Of a stretch of 64,000 bases of DNA, positions 49,431-60,970 are shown in pieces. The stretch comes from Raillietiella orientalis (lineage: Eukaryota), in the NCBI GenBank assembly GCA_036172245.1, contig JAYWIR010000019.1:1364001-1428000 (forward strand). The letters are read 5' to 3'. The position numbers and the translations under genes were made by a program. Numbering within the stretch: position 1 is the stretch's first letter; the number at the start of each line of letters is the position of its first letter. Below the pieces are notes generated by a model, which did not search any database, had not been told where the DNA came from, and worked only from the letters and a program-made list of their open reading frames with translations.

Positions 49431-52400
49431 CAAGTGGATCCGTCGGGAGTTCCTCAAGAACTGCTGGTCGCTCCTCCGTGCCCGGGCGTTTCTGCTCTTC
49501 CCTCTGCATCCGGCAGGCGGCGGCCCTGCTGCTGCTGAAGAACAGGGGTCCTCATCATCGCCCGGGCGAGGGTGAGGCGGGGAAGGAGTTCGTCCACATC
49601 CTCCCGGAACCACGAGGCCACGCAGCAGAAGGAATTCGGCGTTCCTTCTCCGAAAGATGGAATTCCTCCAACCCCATTAAACCCCTCCTCGCGCTGCATC
49701 TGTGCCGCTGAGGCATGCGGGATCCGTGACCGCCTTCCCAGCAGGTCATCGCTCCAGTGCCACGGAGAGAGGGGTCCGGCCTCAGCAGACTCAGGAAAAA
49801 GGGAAGAGGAGGAGGAAGGAAAGAGCAGGAGACAGAAGAGAAGAGAAGGAGGAAGGAACTTGAGTCTTCGCCCTAGCAGCAGGCGAGGAGTCAAGGTCAG
49901 AAAGAGCGGGAACACGATGACCCTGCCTCCCTCCTGCATTATTCATCGGCTGTCATTTTTTTATCGTTTCCTCCCCCCCTTGGCGGCTCCGGGTCCCTCC
50001 TCCCCCCCCTTTCCAAACCAGCTACGCTCCGTCGTGTGGGATTCCGGCAGGGACGCAGCCCCGCTCCGCATGTTTATTCACGTCTTCAGTAAATAAGCGC
50101 GCCGGCGCGACCGGGTGAAAAAATGCGGACTCCTGAGGGTCATTATCGCCCGCAGGCTGGTCCGTCCTTGTCCTATTTATTTATTGATTCACCGGTTCCC
50201 CATCCCTCATCTTCCGAGTTTCGTTTCCCCTGAGGAAACCTCCCGCTTGGTGTCCAGGGAAAAATAATAATGACAATTTTTTTTTATTTTTACACAACTT
50301 CAGCTCCTGTGTTTATCCTGGTGGACAAACCCCACAGCCCCAATGGACGCCGCGCAACATACACAAGTGAGTGCGCAAACAAAACGACAAAAAATCAATA
50401 CGCGCGCAGTGCACACACACGTACACCCGGACCATCCACCCCACGGCTGGAGGGAGCCGCGCCAAAGCAGCGGCGGGATTCCTTCCTCCCTCCCTTCCTG
50501 CAGGCACGAGGGACTTCCATGAAGCAGCTTCCTGCTGTGGTGGTTTCCGGGTCACTTCCACGGCGGGTGGCCTCCATTTTCCTCCTCGGCTCTCCCGTCC
50601 TTCAGCGTCGACCGCCCTCCCCGTCCTCGTGTTCGGGGATGCGGACGCGTATCTGTCCTCCAGCCAAGAGATGGGGTGGGGGGTGAGGAGATCGCCATAG
50701 GCAGGCTTGGAGAGATTTCCTCCTTCCTTCGCCGATTTTGCCCTGAGGGCAAGAGATGACAGTTGCCTACCGGCGAGGCGGGAGTTGTACTGAGCCATTT
50801 TGCAGGAAGAACGAAAGTCCTGGGCGACTGGAAGGCGAGTGACCTGGAGGACTATGCCACTCCATATCATAGGGAGAAAGGACTGCTTCGATGGAGCGAG
50901 CTGCTCAGCGTGGTCTCCGAAGAACTCATTGTCCCACCCCTGTGTAGAAACACTCCCGTGTTCCCGCTGAAACGGAGGCTGGACATCCTGCTGTTTCTGC
51001 ATTGGGATTTCCAGCGCAACCAGCGTAGGAACCGAATTTCCGAGGGCGTTGCTATGACCTCGAACTGTTCGAAGTTGGACTGCGGTGCCCTCCAGGAACT
51101 TAGGCGGAGGCTGAACTCAGCACTCCTGCATGCAGGAGAGACACTGCGGCGCACTTGCTGCGGCGATTCTTTCTCCAGAAGTGGAGCCGCGACGGGCGCC
51201 ATGATGGCGACGACGTGTTGCATCTGTGCCAACGTCACGGTCCGCCGCTTGCTGGAGTTCCAGGCGCAGCGAACAGAGGCCGCCAGCATCGCAGGTTCTT
51301 CACACGAGGACGGCTGCCAGGTGGAATCATTGAGACGAGGAAGTCAAGGAGGAGACCACCGATATCCTGCGCCGCTTCTGAAAGAAACGAACGGACACTG
51401 CCGGTGACCCCTTGTCCGCCCTCCTTTTCATGCAATTGTTTACTGCCCACTTCCGCCCGTTCCGAACTGTGTCCGGTGTTTCATGAAGGAACGGGAAAAG
51501 CCAAAGACCCTATCCCTGCCCTCCAATCAATTTTTGCTTTTGTTCTTTGTCATTCTACCCCCTCTCCGCACGTTCAGGAAACTGGTCGGACATGTCAGTG
51601 AACCCTCCCCTTGAACTTCCTTTGCTGGGGCCAGCCACTTGGGATTCTGGAGCAAGATCTGCACTGGCCTCCAGTGCTTTTGGATCCCACACCCTCCCAT
51701 TAAAGAGGCAAAAGTTTCTGCTGCTTCTGCACTGGGGTCTCCTGGGCAATGCTCGTCTAAAATCCCTCCTCGTCCGCGATGCACTTTGTCCGGCAGCCTC
51801 TCCAGCAGCCCTCTGCTGCCTACGCGGGATCGTCGCTGCCTGGAGCGACACAAGAGGAGGGCACAATGACAGGGGTACCACATCTACTTCGCCGTCCGAT
51901 TCGTGAGGATGGCAACGGGATGACGCGATCTAAACAACTGCATGCAGCAAGAGCTTGCCGGCATCTTCGAAAGGATGCAGAGGACCGTCTCCAGCAGGAC
52001 ATGATACCTTCCCGCACTCTCTTCCTCCCTCAAAGTTTATTTATTTATTTTCATTTTTGTTTCCTTTTCTTTTTGTTTGTCCTCTTCCCTCTGCTGCCGA
52101 GGCAGACCTCGCTGGTCTGCGGACCGGTGGCCCGGCAGGCTTGCGATAAACCGGTTCAGTCGCAGAGATTGCAAATGTTTATTTTATTTATGTATGGAAT
52201 AAACGCCCCCAGGGAACCCGGGTGGCAATCCTTTTGAACTTGCTTTGATCATTTTATGGGGAAATCGCCGTCTTGACGGCTGCTGCTCCCCCATCTTGTA
52301 AGTTTATTTTGGTTTTGTAAAACAAATGACCCGGAGTCACCAGGTGCAGATCCTGCCCTCGCAGATGCTCCGGAAACGTGGAATCGAGGGGGGAGGCCCA

Positions 52401-52834
52401 GTGCGATCGGTGTGGACTGCACAATGACTTCAGGGGACTTAGTCGGGTCTGCGCCCTCTAGCGGTAGCTGGCGCGTTAACGGAACCCCGGAACGGGGCAA
52501 GCTCGTCCCTTCGCCCTCAGGCGTTCGGACAGCCCCCACTGCTCTGCGTGTTCCTCCGGAGCAGGGGACGAGGCCTGCCCACGGGAAGCGCTCCGCGTCC
52601 CCCTCTCCTGTCACCCTGCGGGCCTCCCCCAGCGGCTCCGCGAGTTCTTTCGAGTGCTTCCTCCGGTCTTGCACGAATGCGTCAGGGGAGGAAAGGCGTG
52701 TCGCTGAAGCGCTTGTTTCTCCCCCCCCCCCCCTCCCCTTTAATGCTGCCCTAAGGGGTCTGCTCAAAGGAACACCTACCTCCTCTTTTTTTTGGTTCGC
52801 AAGGAGTGCTGAAGAACCGTTCGTCCCCTCAGGA

Positions 52835-53100
52835 GAGGCTCGTGGGAACCCCGAAGAGAACCGACTCCTTCATTCCTGGAAGGACCACAGAGGTTCAACT
52901 TCTAGTTACATTCGGTCAGTGAGGGCATCCAAGGGTCTGTGGCATCTACCGGCGCCGCACCATGAGCCAGCCTGGGACAACCAGCGTCGCCCTGCGCAGG
53001 AGTGGACTCTGGTCGATCCTTCTCCGGGCGGGATTCTAACCTGCGACGCTCGGCACCACGCGGAGAGCGCAGCCACGCGGCCGCCAGCGCGGGCCGCCCG
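52835..53100 (-). mobile_element. tRNA-derived SINE-like element, copy E
   Basis: Minus strand gcccgcgctggcggccgcgtggctgcgctctccgcgtggtgccgagcgtcgcaggttagaatcccgcccgg, with the body motif gaagttgaacc...ggtccttccaggaat further on. Confidence 0.7.
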
Positions 53101-56100
53101 GCAATCCTCCGCCCCAGCGTTGACTTTCTCAATGGAGCGAGGGAGTGGCGGCCTACTCTCGAAGTCCGTTTCACGATCCTCATCGCCTACGCGCTCGGAG
53201 CAACAGAGTGGTCCAGTCGCGGATACGAGGCACGATCGGGAGCAGTTTAACGTCCCGACTCCAGTAATTATCTGCTGCCGTCATTAGGGTTCAAGGATGT
53301 TCCGAAAGACATTTATGTCCCCTGGACCCTGCGCAGTAGCTGCTGGATCTTGATTTTTATAGCAGTGCCTGAGAAAGTAAGTGTGAGTCTGTTTGAGTGT
53401 ATTCCCGGAGGCGGGGGAATTTCCTTTTCTCCTTCCCCGTTCGCAGACTCCAACCTCATCCCTCTCTCAGCACTTTCAAGGAGATGAATCTCTTTGCTTA
53501 CTGAAAGGAAACGTGATGCCAAAGCAATTCTCCCTCAAGAACGACGCAGACCTCAGACCCGGAGCGAGCGCAAAAAAAAAAAAAAAACTCCGAAAACAGT
53601 GAACGGCCGCGAAGACACGGCCCTCTCTCTCCCTCTCATGGTCAGTGTTCCACCTCAGGTCCTCAAAGAGTTGTTGACAGGATACTCTTGCTCATCCACG
53701 ATGTATCGATTGGTACCGAAGACACCTTCAGATTCGATCCTGGCATCTCGGGTGGCTCGGTTGCAGATCCTGCGACCTCCATTCCGATCCAGCACTTGTT
53801 AGTTCGGTCCAAATAGCCATTCCTTTCTGATGCTCTCTCCATTTCTCGACGTCCTGAGAAGCTGGAGGCGGCAGCCTGTTTTCGAGTCCGATGGCACCCT
53901 GAGGACCAAATGACGTGTCGTTTCGTTATCACGCGTGGTGAGACTCTCTTTCTCATCTTTCCACCTGCTGAAGCAGTGGCGAATAGAATCATTTGTGCTC
54001 TCGAGTTCTGTAGGGCAGCAAAAGGGCAGAAGCATCCGCTGAAGCGCTAGTGTAAGAGGGTGCAAACTCATGGGAAGGCACGTTTCCCTCTGCACCAGAC
54101 ACGAGTCTTTCCTTCGCGTCTGCAGTAGCTCGGTTTCACATCTTCCTGCTTTCACCCATCTGTTTCACAAGCGAACTTAACCAGAGTTTTGATTCCGTTT
54201 ACTATTTGTCTTCATGGTCCCTATCGCCGATTCATGTTGTGTCTAGGTTTCTCTTGATGGCAAAACCTTGGCAACTGCTGGAACCATCGGGAAGAGCAAA
54301 AAGGAAGAGGAAGGGAGGAAGAGGAGAGAGGAAGGGAAGAGGAGGAGAAGCAGTTTGCATAGGTGTCTTTCAGGTTGCGCTGTTACCAGCTCTGAGCTCC
54401 CCTAGTTGCTTTGCCCCACTGCTTCTTCCGCCACCACCACCCTCTGCCAGGAGAAGAACCGTCAGCCCTCCTTCGGAACGAAGCGCAACAAAACAAGCAT
54501 TCATGCTTCGCGCGAGCACGCAGCTTCCTTAATTTTCCCTGCAGCATCCAAGGGTTCATGAGTGCATAGGAAAGATTCGCGCTTTCAAGAAGCGACTCTT
54601 GCACAAGAGCGATTCGAGAGGAACTGAAGCTCCCTCTTGACTCCGTGCGAGGTGCTTCCGCGATGATGATCCACAAACAGGCAATCCCGTTTCCTCTAAA
54701 GGAGATGTGTCTTTTTTTTTCTGTGGTCCTCATTCCTCAGATTGGTGTGAAACTCGGCCCTCTCCATCGTGGATCCGAGCATGAGAAAGCCGTGCGACCG
54801 CAAGAATCCTCCAAGAAAGTGAATTTCGGATGCCTTTAAAGTTCTTACTTGACCAATGGAAATCTCCCTTGGAATCGCGTTTGGCCACGGTAGAATACCT
54901 CCAAGGTCAGAGGCAGAGAAGTCATCGCATTCATTTCGTAAACTTCCATCATCGATTCTGCCCTCTCTGAAGGTCCGAGTACGCGAGCGGTGGACAGCTG
55001 GAAGGGCGCAGAAGTGGGAGTGGTCTCTAAGTGTGGCAGGGAACGTCAGGGGTACCGGGCGTTCGATGGAGACCCCAGGTTCAGTTTCCCATGGAAGAAG
55101 AGATTTCTTTACTATGCAGATAAAGGCTCCCGAGCAAAGAATTGGAGCACCATCAACTTTCACTCTTCTCGGACACCGAAGAAACGCTCATGAGACGCCC
55201 TCACTACTGGGACATTTGCTCCAAGAGTACCGTACCTCAAAGCAGTACGTGACGACTCCCTCCGAGTGAGCAAACGGGAAAATGCTCAGAAACCTTCACG
55301 TTTTTTTTTTTTTTTAAAGGTCGTGATGGGTCCCGCCTCCTTCCCCTCGTGGCTATCCCGCTAAGATTATCCCACTAGGATAACCAACGTCACTCTTGCC
55401 AGGGGGACTGACGGAAAAACGAAGCTCGAAAACAAACCTTGTACACCATCGTACAGAACGGTACTAATTGGCTCAACCGTGCAAAGAAGTCTCTTCTCCT
55501 CAAATATTCCATTTCTTCGTCAGGATGAACCATCCCACCGGACGATGGGGACGTTCCCTCACGATGTGACGACTGTCCCTCCCCTTTCAAAGCACGCGCT
55601 GGAACCGCAGCAGCCGCATCGCGTGCTCCACGAGAACCCATTTGAGCCGTGATCTTTACATGCACCACTCGTGAGTATCGCGAGCTGGAACCTGATCTGA
55701 CCACGCGTCAACTAGGCCACCATGCCCCTAGGAAGAGGGGACCTCTTCATCTCCTCCTCCCACAGGTACGACGACGTCAATGCGGCAAAATGTTAAGGGC
55801 CGACGAGACCGATTTGTTGCTCCAGTTGGAAGATGAAGGTCGCCCCCGCCCCCAACGTGGCTGACTTCGAGTCGTCACATCGTCCGCTGGACCGGACCTC
55901 CCACCTTTGTTCCCACACAGAGAACTGCTGGAGACTCTCTTCTCTCCCTTGTACCCACAAAGGCTTCGCTCCCACTAGGTCGTTAAACTCTTTGCCGGAA
56001 AAGAATGCATAAGGAGCAATCCTCCTTCAGCCCCACGTGATTGAGGGCCATCTGGGTAATACTCGAGTGTCCCAGATGGTCCTCGGCCTGCACACGCAAT

Positions 56101-57573
56101 CCAGCCTGTCAAGCTCACTGCAACCCGTTGCCCCGGAAACCTCCATAGGCGCTCTGAATTCGGGTCGAAACCAAGATACAGCGTCCGTTTCCGCCACCTC
56201 CTGGCCACCAAAAGCGAAGAACAGCACACGCTGGAGCACGCGCACTTTGCCGTTACGAAGCACGACGTGCGCTTAGGCACTCGTCCCACCGACGCCGGAC
56301 ACCTCGCGGCCATTGGACTCGAAGCTGGCAATCCAGGGAATCTACTTGACATCGCTCCCACAGCTCAGCTCCAACTGCACTCCACTCTGCCGAAAGCAAA
56401 GGGCATCCCACTGAAAAGTCCTCGCATGGATTCCCAGGGACCCCAGAGGAGGTACGGCCACAATAGAGCTAAGCACCGGACCGGACCGGACGTGTTGTGA
56501 CACCCAAAGTTCCATTCTTGCCGTTCGAACCACTCGAGTGCATTGAAGCTCTTAAGCGAATACTCCATGGGTGGTCCACTTCGCAGGCAATGCAAAAGGC
56601 ATCTGACATCTCCAAGCAAGCCGACGACCGAGTCGTATGCCAGATTATGGATCCCAAAGGAGGGTCATTTAGGGTGAAGTCTGTGATCACAATTTTCCTC
56701 TTGTTGTGGTCACTCTCTTTTCTTCCTTCCATAGAGAATGAATAACAGCGGCGGCTGCTCGCCACCTGCCTGATCCACTGACTCAAGTCCAAGTGGTGAG
56801 CAAGCGCCGCGCGTGGGTGACCATCTCTGTCGCGAGGTGCTCGTTGCAGCAGGCAAGCACAGAAGGCAGCAGGAAGATCCCTGAGATGGAGGACACCTCG
56901 CTGTCCGACTTGCCGACCCCATCACCACCACCACCACCTGCGCCACGTCCTTTCCTCGAGTTGAACGACGTTCCGATCTCAGGGACGCCGTTCTCTGTGG
57001 GAGAGCTGCGGGAAAACAGTGACGGCCTCCAGGAAGCACTATCGAGTGGTAGGGGGTGAGATCCCCTCTCGGGCGGGTGTCCATGCAGGACTTGACCCCA
57101 TCGGGGCCGTCCCGTCGAAGCGCTGCTTTCGGCTGGCCACGGCCCGCATCCATGGGATCTTCCTGTATCCTGGCGCCGCGCAGCTCTGGTGAGGTCGCTT
57201 TTTCCCGCTATCGGGACGATTTTCTTCGGGAAACTCCTTTGACTCCGAGAGGAAGCGTGCTGCCCTCCCATCCGCAAGAAAGCCAACATAGCGTGTCTCA
57301 GCAGCGAAGGGGAAATTGTGGTCTCACACGGATACCCGAGAAGAGAATCCGAAAATCAAGACGTGCGCCGACCGTGGTGTCCGGCGTGCCATGAATGGGT
57401 TCGATCCTTCATTTATGTATGACCACTGGAGATGGCACGGGAGGAGGAGGAATGAGGAATCGGGGGGAGGGGATCCTAGAAAATTTTATTTTATAGTGAT
57501 AGTGAAAAGTACTGAAAAGGATTTAAGTAAATCATAGAAAAGTGCGAAAATGCGAAACGGTTCTTCTCGCAAC

Positions 57574-57834
57574 TCACTGACTAGTAGGAAGCGATCTTTT
57601 TCGTCTTCCTCCTGCCCGTGCATTCCACTGTGCCGCATCCCAAAAAACATCAGGCCTTCCTTTACATAGAGCGGGACACGTCGGCGACGAAATTGCCCCG
57701 TGTACTCGCGTCAGTGCCACGCGAGCGTAGGAACTGAGAGCCACGAAATGGATTCGAAAAAGGAACAACTTCTTTGAAGCCCGGCTGGGGTCGCGGAAGG
57801 AGCTCATTAAAAAAGCTCTGAACTTGGTCAACAC
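57574..57834 (-). mobile_element. Decayed non-LTR retrotransposon zf-RVT-like fragment
   Basis: KKLFLFRIHFVALSSYARV...ISSPTCPALCKGRPDVFWD resembles K.KLFLWR....AL....R.....SP.CP.C.....H.FWDC. Confidence 0.5.
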
Positions 57835-60199
57835 TCTGAGTACACGAACTCCGGGATACTCCCGAAACTGATTGACGCTCTGTTTGGAGGGATGGTCGTT
57901 TCACTGATGTCGCCATTTGTCCGTGTGTACACTCTGCTTCTGAATAACCCAGACGTTGAGGAAGACCCAGACGTTGCTGAAATGAAGGCCTCAGCCGACG
58001 ATGCAATGCTGCTTTCCTGAGGTTTTGTGTCACCAAGTAAAACATCCCGAGGGATTACGGAATTTTATGCCGGTGCCAGGACCATCGTGAGGTGAGCTTT
58101 GTGCGTTGTATGTACTGCAGATGAACGCGAGTCCAGAATGGTGTGGCAGCTTGTTCTGTGTGAGCGACAAGGGGTCTTTTTCGTGCTGAGCCTTTTCCGT
58201 TTCGCCTCCCGTTTTCATAGCCCCTTCTTCTTCCCCTGACCCTGTGGGTTTGAAGTCCATAGCGAATTTCGTGATGGTCTTTAACAGCTGCTGGCTTCTC
58301 ACGAATGCACAGATGGAGTTTGAGGAGAGGGGACCCCAAAGCAGACCATTATGGGAGTGCGGGTGGGGAAGGTGGAAACCTGACCGCAGTCAAATTGAGA
58401 AGCAGCATGGCGATTCATCGCCCGCTCGAAATTCCATTATCTGTGAAAGTCTGGAAAGTGCCGCTGCTCCCAGCGTCAGTATGCCTCCGGGTTTGTCAAG
58501 GATGCAGGAGAATTCTTAAATGGCTCTTCTGCTGTCTCATGAAAACACGCCACGAGCGAAATCTGCCAACGGGACGAGGCAGGGATGTGGAGGAGGCAGT
58601 TGCTGAAGATTTCGCTGGCTTTCCGACGATGGCTGGATCCAGAGACTTTTCTGTTCCGGCTGGAAATCGGTCGGTACTTTGTGAGAGTGGACGGCTAGGG
58701 GGGGGGGGGGCCCTTACTTTCCTTTCCCGGACCCTTATAATCGAATCGGGGGTAGGCATCCTGCGGCTGCTTCCACCCCCTCTAACTTGAAGGTTTTTTG
58801 AGGGCTCGAAACCAGCCTTCCCGCTTGGCGAGTTCCCCCGGCGTCTTTCGATCTAGGGCAGTTCTCGCGGTCGAAAAGGTCATTCCTTTGGAAAATTCCT
58901 CTCTGTAGCCCCTCCCGTCAGCATGCCTCCCCTCCCCGTTCCTTTTCCAAAGGAAGGGGACAGCTCCTTGCGCTGTTTCCCTGCTCAAGGACGCGCACAC
59001 ACGCACACAGTTCCAGTAGTCTCTCAGTTCTGCCCTCTGGTACTGCTGTGCTCCTTTTCCCGTAGCTCTTTGATCAGTCTCCTCGCAGCTTCGCGGCAAG
59101 AACTCCACTCCGTCTCCTGCATCTTGCTCTCTGGGTACGAGCTTCCAGCCGGGATTTGTATCTGCATAGACGAACGTGGCAGGGGTCCGTGGTTATCAAC
59201 GCCTGGTCCATTGCGGTTTTTAGTGCCTTAATTTTCGACTGTGGGCAAAGCAAAGCAAACGAGGAATCGATGGAAATGATAAAAGCGACCCATTGCTTAT
59301 TTATAAAGAGCCTATTTTCTTTTCTTTTCTTTCGATTAGGTGGTCAGAGCAGCAGATGCGTAACGAAAGAGGATACGCCGAGGATCACGAGCAAACGAAC
59401 GAGGACTCGCTGCTAACGTCAAAACACATCTTTGGTTGCGAGCTCGCACCACGACGGCGACAAGATATTCGTAGCATCCCCAGCCGCTGCTAGCAGCTGC
59501 GGGTAATTATGGCACTTTCTGACGGGGAACTGCAACAAGCTATCTGTTTACGATCCGCTACGAAAGAGAAGGAGGTTAAGCAGATGGGCTTAAGAATTCA
59601 GAGCTCATACGTTGCCCTCCGCGGAATAACTGGACGCATGTGGTGAAGTGTGTCCTCTGCGGGCACAGTTATAAGATTCGGCCCTTGGAGCAGCTTGGGA
59701 ATAAAATCCGAGGACTTCCCGGGAACTTTGAGGAAACGGAATATTTGCGCTTGCAATTATCCTGTGGTTCTTGCGATGCGAGTCTCCGAGTTCGAAGTCG
59801 GAGCGGCCAGCAACAAACCAAGTGAATTTGCAGACTCCACTGCGGGAACAAGAGCGTACCAATTAAGCAGATCATCATTCTCAAGAAAGGAGCGCATGGA
59901 TTTTGATGGCAATCTCTGCACATTCACACCACTACGCCGTTAAAAGACTTTGGGTCACATAGGAAACGGCAGAATTTTCGGAGTTCTCGTATCATGTGAT
60001 TTCCCGGACGAAACTCTCACCTTTGAACTGTATGGAAGAGGTGATCGCTCAGACTTCGGTGTCCCGATGCGCACCGTACTCACCTCAACGTACAAGATAT
60101 CTTTCAACGTCCCAAGAATCAACACCTTTAAGGGACTGTCCTCCCAAAAAGGTCTCGTGTGAATCGTCTCCAGAAATATTCCTTCCCTACTCATTCCGT

Positions 60200-60750
60200 G
60201 TGCCGGAACAACTTCTTCGAGCTGCATTCTTAGCAGGCCAATGTCTTTCAGGTCGTACTGCCTTGCTGCATCCGACCCTCCTTTGGCCAGCTCTTTTCTA
60301 TGACAACAACCCCTTGCGCCAGCTGCACCAAGAAGCAAGAGAAATCGATTTGTGCGTTTCACATTCAGAATGATCCAGAAATTGCTGCAGGAAATAAAAT
60401 TTTCTTTGTTGTGGATTTCCCACACGAAATTCCCTCGTAATCTCCCACACCAATTCTTGCTGCCCTTTCAGCTGCCTCATGTGCTTATGGCAAAAAGATG
60501 GACTATCGATCGATCGCAGCCAGAGCGCGTAATTCCACTTCTGGACCGGGGAGCCAAGAGGAGTGAACTTTTGGATGAGGCACTTTTGAAAGATCGGCGG
60601 AAGCGAATTCTGGAAGACCTACGAACGCCTGGGCAACTTGGAATTTCGCTTAGAATTCTTCGCGCTGCAGCCTGCCAAACAATAAACTGCTGCGAAAGCG
60701 GTCGCAGCATCAGGTTGGGGATGGTCTCCACGGCAACGCTCGAATGTCAC
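60200..60750 (+). mobile_element. Possible decayed L1/Tx1-like ORF2 post-RT segment
   Basis: Across frames: LAGQCLSGRTALLHPTLLWPALFY (cf. LS..GR..L....L.S.L.Y), then RMIQKLLQEIKFSLLW (cf. ..IQK.I..FLW). Weak and frameshifted. Confidence 0.35.
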
Positions 60751-60922
60751 GAGATCCTTCCTGCTTCCGGCTAGGAACATTCGTCAGGTACTCGCCAGGC
60801 AAAGAAAGGCACCAACGTACGAAAAAGGGAGAAGCAACGAACGCCTACGAATCAACGGCATGTCCCGTCCTACCTAACTCCCACTGGAGGACTCGGAGGC
60901 GGCTATTTTCAACCCCTCCGCA

Positions 60923-60970
60923 CCCGGAGGCGCGGGATTAATCCCGGAGGCGCGGGATTCATCCCGGAGG
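60923..60970 (+). repeat. 20 bp tandem repeat, ~2.4 units
   Basis: cccggaggcgcgggattaat cccggaggcgcgggattcat cccggagg. Confidence 0.9.
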
